From assembly GCA_963699255.1 (NCBI GenBank), contig OY969425.1, forward strand, positions 1,560,001 through 1,592,000: a DNA stretch of 32,000 bases, in the 5' to 3' direction. The stretch's first letter is position 1. Every line of letters begins with the position of its first letter. The notes beneath the pieces were generated by a model. It had not been told where the DNA came from. It ran no database searches and saw only the letters and a program-made list of their open reading frames with translations. This document shows positions 17,725 through 25,232 of the stretch, one piece after another. Both the position numbers and the translations under genes were made by a program. This stretch comes from an uncultured bacterium (GTDB lineage Bacteria; Margulisbacteria; WOR-1; CAVSGV01).

Positions 17725-17958
17725 TCACTTCTTCTGCCATCTGGGAAGCTTCGCCATCATCTCATCAACGAACTTTTCCGCTTCCTCCTTTGTCTTTCCC
17801 ATGAACTTCATCGCGGCTTCTATCGAGCCTTTCCTCACGTCCTTCTCGGGCTTAAGGAAACCGGTCTTTTCGTCCATACAGTAGAGGCAATATTTGTTGT
17901 TATAGCCGGAAACGGTTTTGCCGTCCATCGGCATCCCGCAGCTTTCGCATGATTTCAT
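17725..17958 (-). CDS. putative zinc-ribbon domain protein
   Basis: 77 aa. CESCGMP...YCLYC arrangement typical of the small 'putative zinc ribbon' family. Confidence 0.6.
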   Translation of the reverse strand: MKSCESCGMPMDGKTVSGYNNKYCLYCMDEKTGFLKPEKDVRKGSIEAAMKFMGKTKEEAEKFVDEMMAKLPRWQKK

Positions 17959-18166
17959 CGCAGATCACCTCTTAGTCCCGAATTCTACTATCACGGCGGG
18001 AAAAATCAAACGTTCTTTTGTTAGGAGTAAGCCAGGGCACAAGATCCATTCTTTCCTGCAACTCATCTGACGAATATATCTACATTAGAGTGAAATTTTC
18101 CCGATTTAATGCCGATAATTAAAGCAGTCACAGCTTTAATTACTTAAAAATAAAGGAAGGCATGCG

Positions 18167-18889
18167 ATGGAGATCGAAACAGGACCGGTGATATTGAACC
18201 TTCGAAATACCGGCGGATGGATGAAAAACGCCAAGTATTACAAACATTTACTTGGGACCGAGAACAGTCAAATAATTAAGGCCGTTGATCTGGCATCCAG
18301 GATAATAGAGCCGATGCTTACCGAACTGCAACTCACGGGCAGCAGCTCGCGGAAAGCCGTGAAATACAGAACTTCAGATAAGCTGCCTTTTGTAGCTGAC
18401 GCGCATCTGATACCGATCGCGGTACGCTCGATCGTGCGGACAAAAGGGGATAGTCCGATCGACCTTTTTATCCTGAATTACTTCACCGAACAATATAAAA
18501 GAAATAGAATGAAATTAGATGCGTATCTCGAATCCAGTATCGGCTTTCGTTTTTTACAGAGGGTCACAAAGCTTTATGCCAACAAGTTCGCTGTTGGCTA
18601 CTTCGGCTTCAACTATAAAACAAAGGGAACTCTTGGCCTCTATACACACGCCGGCCTGGATGCGAAATGGGATGAGAATCATCTGGGCTCAAAGATGATC
18701 AGACACTATGGAAATGCTGAGGAATGGCAGGAATTTTGGGCTAATCTCATAATTAACGCACCAGAGATAGGGATCAACGCACCGCAGACGGGTATGCATT
18801 TCAATTATTTCATACAGACATCGCAGATGGCAGAAGAGTCCGCGAGACCCGTTGATAAGGATGTTAAGTTCAGCGAAGTTGGAGCGTAA
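18167..18889 (+). CDS. hypothetical protein
   Basis: 240-aa ORF. AAGGAAGG lies 6 nt upstream of the ATG. No motif recognised. Confidence 0.55.
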   Translation: MEIETGPVILNLRNTGGWMKNAKYYKHLLGTENSQIIKAVDLASRIIEPMLTELQLTGSSSRKAVKYRTSDKLPFVADAHLIPIAVRSIVRTKGDSPIDLFILNYFTEQYKRNRMKLDAYLESSIGFRFLQRVTKLYANKFAVGYFGFNYKTKGTLGLYTHAGLDAKWDENHLGSKMIRHYGNAEEWQEFWANLIINAPEIGINAPQTGMHFNYFIQTSQMAEESARPVDKDVKFSEVGA

Positions 18890-18940
18890 CCTATATTCCG
18901 CCTCTTTAATTAAAGGTACCGTCATTGTATAATCCCTGCC

Positions 18941-20527
18941 ATGAAGATCGCACTGGCCCAGATCAATCCCACCGTCGGCGCGCTTGAAAGCAACGCGAAG
19001 AAGATCATCGAATACATCGGCAAGGCAAAAGCGCAGGGCGCCGAACTTGTCGTTTTCCCCGAACTCGCGATAACCGGATATCCGCCCGAAGACCTGGTCC
19101 TTAAACCTCAGTTCATCGCTGACAACATTGACGCCCTGAAAAAGATCGTAAAAGCCTCAAAGGGAATGGGAGTGTTCGTCGGCTTTGTGGACAGGAAAGG
19201 CAAAGACCTGTATAACGCCGGCGCTTTCATCGATAACGGAAAGATCATCAAGATATACCATAAGAACCACCTGCCTAATTACGGAGTCTTTGACGAGAAG
19301 AGATATTTCAAGGAAGGGGAGGGATCCGCGGTCGTCAGCTTCCGCGGGGTAAAGATCGGCCTCGGAATATGCGAGGACATATGGGTGGAAGACGGGCCGT
19401 ACAAGGGCGAAGCGAAGGCGGGGGCAAAGATAATACTAAATATCAACGCCTCTCCGTATGAAGCCGGCAAGATATATGACAGGGAAAAGATACTGAAGAA
19501 AAGGGCGATCGGCACAAGGGCTCACATAGTTTACGTCAATATGGTCGGCGGGCAGGATGAGCTGGTCTTTGACGGCGGCAGCATGGTCATTAACGGCAAG
19601 GGGAAGCTGATCGCTTCCGCCCCGCAGTATAAAGAAGCGCTTTTGATCATAGACGAAAAAGGCGGGAAGATCACGCCCAGGCTCGAACCTCTCGCCGAGA
19701 TATACGAAGCTCTGACAATGGGCGTCCGCGACTATGTAGATAAGAACAAATTCGGCGGAGTGATAATCGGGATATCCGGCGGGATCGATTCTGCCCTTAC
19801 CGCAACTATCGCCTGCGACGCGCTCGGGAAGGAAAGGATCCACACCGTTTTCATGCCATCGGAATATACGGCGAAGCAGAGCCTTGATGATTCGGTCATG
19901 GTGACGAAAAATCTGGGCGTAAAAATGGATACCATCCCTATCAAGGACATTTTCTCGCAGTATCTCTCCACCCTGGCACCCAGCTTCCGCGGAAGACCCG
20001 CTGACATCGCCGAGGAAAACCTGCAGGCGAGGATAAGAGGCAATATATTAATGGCGCTGTCGAACAAATTCGGCTGGCTCGTCCTGAACACCGGGAATAA
20101 ATCCGAGACTTCAACTGGATATTGCACGCTTTACGGGGACATGGCGGGCGGATTCAGCGTCCTGAAGGACATCCCGAAAACGCTGGCCTATAAGCTGGTG
20201 AACTGGAGGAACAAAAAGAAATCAGTAATTCCTCAGTCGATCATCGACAGGGTCCCGACGGCCGAACTGAAGCCTGATCAGAAAGACCAGGATACCCTGC
20301 CTTCTTACGAAGTGCTTGATCCGATAATGAATGCTTACGTCGAGGAGAACAAAAATGTCCGGCAGATCGTCGCAAAGGGGTTTGATAAAGCGACCGTGTC
20401 AAAGGTCGTTTCGCTGATAGACCGCTCTGAATACAAGAGGCGCCAGTCGGCTCCCGGGACAAGGATCACCCACCGTGCTTTCGGCAAGGACTGGAGACTG
20501 CCAATAACGAATCATTATAAGGCTTAA
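18941..20527 (+). CDS. nadE: glutamine-dependent NAD+ synthetase (CN-hydrolase domain plus NAD synthase domain)
   Basis: 528 aa. N-terminal nitrilase-like domain (VVFPELAITGYPPEDL, GLGICEDIW), then the PP-loop GISGGIDSAL, and NKSE..TGYCTLYGDMAGG. Confidence 0.93.
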   Translation: MKIALAQINPTVGALESNAKKIIEYIGKAKAQGAELVVFPELAITGYPPEDLVLKPQFIADNIDALKKIVKASKGMGVFVGFVDRKGKDLYNAGAFIDNGKIIKIYHKNHLPNYGVFDEKRYFKEGEGSAVVSFRGVKIGLGICEDIWVEDGPYKGEAKAGAKIILNINASPYEAGKIYDREKILKKRAIGTRAHIVYVNMVGGQDELVFDGGSMVINGKGKLIASAPQYKEALLIIDEKGGKITPRLEPLAEIYEALTMGVRDYVDKNKFGGVIIGISGGIDSALTATIACDALGKERIHTVFMPSEYTAKQSLDDSVMVTKNLGVKMDTIPIKDIFSQYLSTLAPSFRGRPADIAEENLQARIRGNILMALSNKFGWLVLNTGNKSETSTGYCTLYGDMAGGFSVLKDIPKTLAYKLVNWRNKKKSVIPQSIIDRVPTAELKPDQKDQDTLPSYEVLDPIMNAYVEENKNVRQIVAKGFDKATVSKVVSLIDRSEYKRRQSAPGTRITHRAFGKDWRLPITNHYKA

Positions 20528-20708
20528 GTTGAGCCTCTCATTTTTCCATTCTCCTCCCGTTTGTAATTTGGAATTTATTTGGTAATTGGTCATTGCCGAA
20601 CAAAGTGAGGTCTTAGCCCTAATAAGAGCTAATTGGAACCAGATTATAACAGAGCTTATGAGTATCTACAAATTAAGAGAATTGGCACCAGCTATATGAT
20701 TAAACACT

Positions 20709-20736
20709 CCCTAATGGTATTGGAATTAGGGTTTTA
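20709..20736 (+). terminator. rho-independent terminator at the left end of the element
   Basis: CCCTAAT (20709-20715) / ATTAGGG (20725-20731), 9-nt loop, then TTTT. Confidence 0.55.
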
Positions 20737-20761
20737 TGAGTAAGGCTTGACTAAGAAAAGG

Positions 20762-20977
20762 TTAGAATTTAAGCAATTCAGAGCAAGTCAAATTAAATGC
20801 TTTGGCTAATTTTTCAAGAGTATCTATCTTAATTGCAACTGGGGCTTTGCTTTCTATTCTTTGAAGGTGCTTATAGTCTATGCCTGCTAAACTTGCCAGA
20901 TTTTCTTGTGTATAATCGAATTTTCTGCGCAGCTCTTTTATTCTTTTAGCCAGTTGATTTTTGATGTTGACTTGCAT
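20762..20977 (-). CDS. XRE-family helix-turn-helix transcriptional regulator
   Basis: 71 aa from the ATG at 20977. LAKRIKELRRKFDYTQENLASLAGIDYKHLQRIE..., a typical HTH_3 pattern. Confidence 0.8.
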   Translation of the reverse strand: MQVNIKNQLAKRIKELRRKFDYTQENLASLAGIDYKHLQRIESKAPVAIKIDTLEKLAKAFNLTCSELLKF

Positions 20978-21012
20978 TACAGGGAAATTATCACACCAAC
21001 CACCGACACTTG

Positions 21013-21186
21013 ACACCGCATACGTGCGGTGTTAGGGTTTATCTCACAATAAAGGGACGTATATGAAAAGTGGCTCTTGAGGGCTGGGTTCAAAGCCCAA
21101 ATTAAGCTCGAAAAAGTGGCTTGAACAGAGAGTGAACAGAGAGAAATAGGGGGCTACTTCGTGCTTCAAGCACGATTCAAGCACGA
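21013..21186. promoter_or_regulatory. repeat-dense divergent control region between the XRE gene and the small-TM/TPR operon
   Basis: Inverted repeat ACACCGCA/TGCGGTGT (21013-21032). AAAAGTGGCT x2 (21066, 21112). TGAACAGAGAG x2 in tandem (21122-21143). Palindrome TCGTGCTTCAAGCACGA (21159-21175), followed by a second TTCAAGCACGA (21176-21186). Confidence 0.55.
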
Positions 21187-21205
21187 AAAAAAGGAGAGGA
21201 GAAAA

Positions 21206-21406
21206 ATGACAATTACACCTGAAGATAGAGAGGAAATAACCAAAGGGGTTTTCAGGGCACAGAAAAGAAGCCAATGGAGAGGAACTCTGCTTTGGCTTGC
21301 TATATTCCTTGGTTGGCTTCCTTGTATGCTGATATTTCCAAAGGCAAGCGGTTATGTTTATATTGGGCTGATAGTTTTAAGCATTTGGTATTATGTTAAA
21401 GGATAA
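21206..21406 (+). CDS. small two-TM membrane protein (hypothetical)
   Basis: 66 aa from the ATG at 21206, preceded by AAGGAGAGGAG. Two hydrophobic segments. Confidence 0.5.
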   Translation: MTITPEDREEITKGVFRAQKRSQWRGTLLWLAIFLGWLPCMLIFPKASGYVYIGLIVLSIWYYVKG

Positions 21407-21432
21407 GAGACAATAAAAGGAGGTAAAAGAAA

Positions 21433-23286
21433 ATGAAAAAAATAATAATAGGGCTTATATTTTTATGTTTAAGTTCTACAGCTATATTTGCAGATAATAT
21501 TAAAAATGCGGAGAATTACTTATATCGAGGTTTAGCAAAAGTTGAATTACAAGACTATCGAGGAGCTATAGAGGACTTAACAAAAGCGATAGAGCTGAAT
21601 CCTAAAAATGCAAAAGCTTACTGTGGTCGAGGTTCTGCCAACAGTGCGCTAGGAGACCATGCGGGTGCTATTGAGGAATTTAATAAAGCAATAGAGTTAG
21701 CCCCTAATTATGCGCCTGCTTACTATCTTCGGGGTTGTGTTAAAAGTGGGCTGAAAGACTATCAAGGAGCTATCGAGGACTTAACAAAAGCAATAAAGAT
21801 AGACCCTACATATGCGGAGGCATATTATCTTCGAGCAAACTCTTATGGTGCGCTAGCTGGTGCTGAGCAGAATGTAAAATACTATACAAAATCTGGGAAG
21901 GATATGAAGAACTATAGTAAAGTAAAAGGAATAAACAATACAAAAGCTATTGAGGTAATAAAGCTAATCCCTCAAAATGCAGAAGATTACTTAAATCGAG
22001 GGAAGGCTAAAATGGTGACAGGAGACGATGCGGGCGCGAATGAAGACTACAAAAAAGCTATCGAGGTCGCCACCAAAGCAATAGAGCTAACCCCTAAAAA
22101 TATAGAGGATTACTATAGTCAAGGCAATTCTGACTATGAAGTTGGAAATTATACACTCGCTATAGATGACTGCGATAAAGCAATAGAGTTAGACCCTAAT
22201 TATGCGCCTGTTTACTATCTTCGAGGAAAGGCTAAAGACGGGTTGGAAGACTCTATAGGAGCTACAAAAGACTTTAATAAAGTAATCGAGCTAACCCCAA
22301 AATATGCAGAGGATTACTTCTATCGAGGGGAGGCTAAGACTGCTTTAAAAGACTATGCAGGAGCCATTGATGAGTGCAATGCAGCAATAAAGTTAGACCC
22401 AAAAGATGCAAGGGCATACTATGGCCGAGGTTTCGCCGAAGCGAACTTAAAGGACTATACAAATGCTATTGATGACTGCAATAAAGCAATAAAGTTAGAC
22501 TCTAAAGATGCAAAGGCATACTATAGCCGAGGTTTCGCTGAAGCGAACTTAAAGGACTACACAAGTGCTATAGATGACTGTGATAAAGCTATAGAGTTGG
22601 ACTCTAATTATGCACCCGCTTACTTTATTCGAGGTTTCGCTAAAGCTCAGGTAAAAGACTATAAAAAAGCTATCAGTGACTTTGATGAAGTAATAGGGCG
22701 ACACCCTAATACAACGGCTTACCTATATCGAGGCAATGCTAAATATCGCTTAAAAAACTATACGGGCGCTATGGATGACTGCATGACAGTAATAAGGTTA
22801 GACCCTAAAAATGCACAGGCTTACTATCTTTTTGGCTATGCTGAACTAGACTCTGCTAATGAAGGTTTGCATAGAATAAAAGACTATGCAGAAGCTATCG
22901 ATTACTTTAATAAAGCAATAGAGTTAAATCCCAAATTTGCAGAGGCTTATTGTGGCCGAGGTAAGGCTAAAGGTGCGCTTGGAGACCATTCAGCAATCGA
23001 TGACTGCAATAAAGCAATAGAGCTAAACCCTAATGCAGAGATTTACTGTGAGTGTGGTTGGACTAAGGTCAACTTAAAAGATTATTCAGCTGCCATAGAT
23101 GACTTCAATACAGCAATAAAATTAGACCCAAAAAATGGAAGGGCTTATTGTGGTCGAGGGTTAGCTAAATTTGAACAGGGAGATAAACAAGGAGCATTAG
23201 AAGACGAAAGCACAGCAGGTGAGTTAGGTTTTTCTGGGGCATATGAGGTTATAAAAGAAATACAGTCAGGCGAACTTGCCAAGTAA
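21433..23286 (+). CDS. secreted tetratricopeptide-repeat protein
   Basis: 617 aa. Strong RBS AAAGGAGG. Signal peptide IIIGLIFLCLSSTAIFA. More than 12 34-aa TPR units (A.AYY.RG.AK..L.DY.GAI.D..KAIELDP). Confidence 0.85.
   Translation: MKKIIIGLIFLCLSSTAIFADNIKNAENYLYRGLAKVELQDYRGAIEDLTKAIELNPKNAKAYCGRGSANSALGDHAGAIEEFNKAIELAPNYAPAYYLRGCVKSGLKDYQGAIEDLTKAIKIDPTYAEAYYLRANSYGALAGAEQNVKYYTKSGKDMKNYSKVKGINNTKAIEVIKLIPQNAEDYLNRGKAKMVTGDDAGANEDYKKAIEVATKAIELTPKNIEDYYSQGNSDYEVGNYTLAIDDCDKAIELDPNYAPVYYLRGKAKDGLEDSIGATKDFNKVIELTPKYAEDYFYRGEAKTALKDYAGAIDECNAAIKLDPKDARAYYGRGFAEANLKDYTNAIDDCNKAIKLDSKDAKAYYSRGFAEANLKDYTSAIDDCDKAIELDSNYAPAYFIRGFAKAQVKDYKKAISDFDEVIGRHPNTTAYLYRGNAKYRLKNYTGAMDDCMTVIRLDPKNAQAYYLFGYAELDSANEGLHRIKDYAEAIDYFNKAIELNPKFAEAYCGRGKAKGALGDHSAIDDCNKAIELNPNAEIYCECGWTKVNLKDYSAAIDDFNTAIKLDPKNGRAYCGRGLAKFEQGDKQGALEDESTAGELGFSGAYEVIKEIQSGELAK
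22384..22587 (+). repeat. near-identical 102-bp (one TPR unit) tandem duplication
   Basis: GCAATAAAGTTAGAC... starts at 22384 and 22486. The two units differ at only a handful of positions. Confidence 0.85.
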
Positions 23287-23367
23287 AAGAAGTTGAAAGG
23301 CGCTTAAGAATCGAGAATTATGCTCAGAACATTCCGCCTTTGTTATGAAACAGAAACATATTTATAC

Positions 23368-23415
23368 TTGACAGTATAATTGAGGCATAATAGAATTATA
23401 CTTAAAGGTATAATT
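23368..23415 (+). promoter_or_regulatory. promoter with three GTATAATT operator-like sites
   Basis: TTGACA (23368-23373), 17 nt, TAGAAT (23391-23396). GTATAATT at 23374 and 23408, and its inverse AATTATAC at 23394-23401. These overlap the spacer, the -10 and the RBS region. Confidence 0.6.
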
Positions 23416-23416
23416 T

Positions 23417-24352
23417 ATGAGCGAAAACAAACCCACCCTAAAAAAATTACTAACAGAACAACTGTATAACAATAGAAAAGTTGATGCTTATCTATCAGAA
23501 AATTATAAGATTACTAAACAAACTTTTGTCGACCTTCACGAGCCAATCTTTACGCTAAAAAACTCACAAACTATAGTTAACAACTTAACGTATCGCAAGG
23601 TTAATGATTGGGATGCAAAAAACATAATATCAGGTTCCAGAGATAACGCTGAGTCAGGTTGGCGTAAATTTTCTGCAATAGACATCATCAAATTACTCAT
23701 AATAACTGACCTTAGGAAAATTGGATGCTCCATAGATAAAATAAAGAAAATCCTTTATGAAATTGCAAATGGGAAAGTCAACTTATGGAAACTCGAATAT
23801 CCTGATGGGAAAGCAAATCTTCGCCGGCTCAAAGAGTATAAGGAAGAGGAAGATAGGTTTTTACAGCTTGAATATTACACTTTAGGATGCTTGGGTGGTG
23901 AAAAAATAGTTCTTTCAATTGATGAAAATGATAATCCCATGTTTCTTATTGAGCGTGATTTTGTAAGCTTTTATTCCGCACTTGAAGACAGCGCCTCCCC
24001 TTTCATAGTCCTTCCATTTTTCTCATACATACACGCACTTGCAAGAAAATATGGAGACATGAATATTAAAATACGTGAAGGCTCTACAATATCCGAATTA
24101 TTCAATAATATCCTAACTGAAAAAGAGAAAAAAATAATCGATATTATTAGAAATAAAGATTTTCAAGAAATCAATATCAATAAAACCGATAAAGAGGAAT
24201 TAAATATAAAAGCAAAATCGAGAAAAAACAAACAACTGTCTAATAAGGAAATAATTGAACTTATCAAAAGTAAACAGTATCAAAAGGTTGAAGTTATTAC
24301 TTCGGCTGGGAAAATAGTAGCAGCGATACAAGAAGAAAGCATCAAGGCTTAG
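23417..24352 (+). CDS. hypothetical protein with a MerR-like HTH segment
   Basis: 311 aa. Residues ~55-115 (LTYRKVNDWDAKNII...GWRKFSAIDIIKLLIITDLRKIGCSIDKIKKIL) follow the MerR-family pattern (.Y....G.......G.R.YS..D...L..I..LR..G.S...I). The rest is unrecognised. Confidence 0.6.
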   Translation: MSENKPTLKKLLTEQLYNNRKVDAYLSENYKITKQTFVDLHEPIFTLKNSQTIVNNLTYRKVNDWDAKNIISGSRDNAESGWRKFSAIDIIKLLIITDLRKIGCSIDKIKKILYEIANGKVNLWKLEYPDGKANLRRLKEYKEEEDRFLQLEYYTLGCLGGEKIVLSIDENDNPMFLIERDFVSFYSALEDSASPFIVLPFFSYIHALARKYGDMNIKIREGSTISELFNNILTEKEKKIIDIIRNKDFQEININKTDKEELNIKAKSRKNKQLSNKEIIELIKSKQYQKVEVITSAGKIVAAIQEESIKA

Positions 24353-24450
24353 ACTATTGAGACAAACTCAGAGTTTATAGCCTTTATTCTATAATATTTT
24401 AGCAAGGGGCATCAGTATCAAACTGGACTCAATGCAAGAGGAGTCCAGTT

Positions 24451-24609
24451 ATGCTGACTGTCGAACAATGCAGGAAGCACTTAAAAGGAAAGTATACCGA
24501 CGAACAGATTGAAGAAATGAAAGAGGCCTTATACAAATTAGCTGAGGTGTTAGTAGGTGAATATCTCGGCAAAGCGAGGCAAACAAATGACAACCGAAAA
24601 ACAAATTGA
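24451..24609 (+). CDS. small hypothetical protein (52 aa, below the ORF-track cutoff)
   Basis: ATG at 24451, 8 nt after GAGGAG. Translation MLTVEQCRKHLKGKYTDEQIEEMKEALYKLAEVLVGEYLGKARQTNDNRKTN. It overlaps the next ORF's start. Confidence 0.4.
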   Translation: MLTVEQCRKHLKGKYTDEQIEEMKEALYKLAEVLVGEYLGKARQTNDNRKTN

Positions 24610-25117
24610 GGCAAACAAACTAAATGCCTTAAAAGGCGGAGTTAAAACTATTGAGGGGAAATCTATCAGCAAAATGAATGCTCTGAAATTCGGGTTTTTC
24701 AGTAAGATAGTCAATGATTATGATAAGCTGGAGAGCGAAGATTTCTGTCAGGAAATATACGAGTATTATCAACCTGAGAATACCTATGAAAGTCAATTAG
24801 TTGAGATTGTTCTTTCTAACCTTCTTGTATATAGAAGAATATGCTTTATTGAGGACGAATATATAAAGTCACAATTGAATCCAACTATTACAGGCTCTTT
24901 AAGTGACGCTGACTATTTTATGGTGAAGAAAGGGTATACTCCTCAAATAGCCAGCAACTCAATTGATGAACTTGAAAAATTTCAGAAATATAAAACCTCA
25001 ACTTATGGGCTGATTGTAAAGGCTCAGCATGAGCTTGAACGTTTAACTGCAAAAAGAAAGGGGGATAATATCCCCATTCCGATGAGTTTGGACGTGAATG
25101 TTTCAAACAATCAATAA
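24587..25117 (+). CDS. hypothetical protein
   Basis: 176 aa from the ATG at 24587. The N-terminus MTTEKQIEANKLNALKGGVKTIEGKSISKMNALKFGF resembles, from memory, an uncharacterised family with a 'QIxANRxNAxKSTGPxTxEGKxxSxxNAxKHG' N-terminus. I cannot verify this without a search. Confidence 0.5.
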   Translation: MTTEKQIEANKLNALKGGVKTIEGKSISKMNALKFGFFSKIVNDYDKLESEDFCQEIYEYYQPENTYESQLVEIVLSNLLVYRRICFIEDEYIKSQLNPTITGSLSDADYFMVKKGYTPQIASNSIDELEKFQKYKTSTYGLIVKAQHELERLTAKRKGDNIPIPMSLDVNVSNNQ

Positions 25118-25232
25118 TTGGGTTCGTTTTGGAAAAACAGAAAAAGGGGACTCCCTGCTTCTAGCAGGGTTCTAGCAGGCAAATTCAGTTGCTCTGCTAT
25201 ACATGAGGCATTAAAAGAGATATGACGGAACT

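Noticed and set aside
21161-21274. GTG start at 21161 for the small TM protein, and the 76-aa - strand ORF at 21044-21274
   Set aside because: Both run through the repeat-dense control region. The ATG at 21206 has a proper AGGAGAGGAG RBS.
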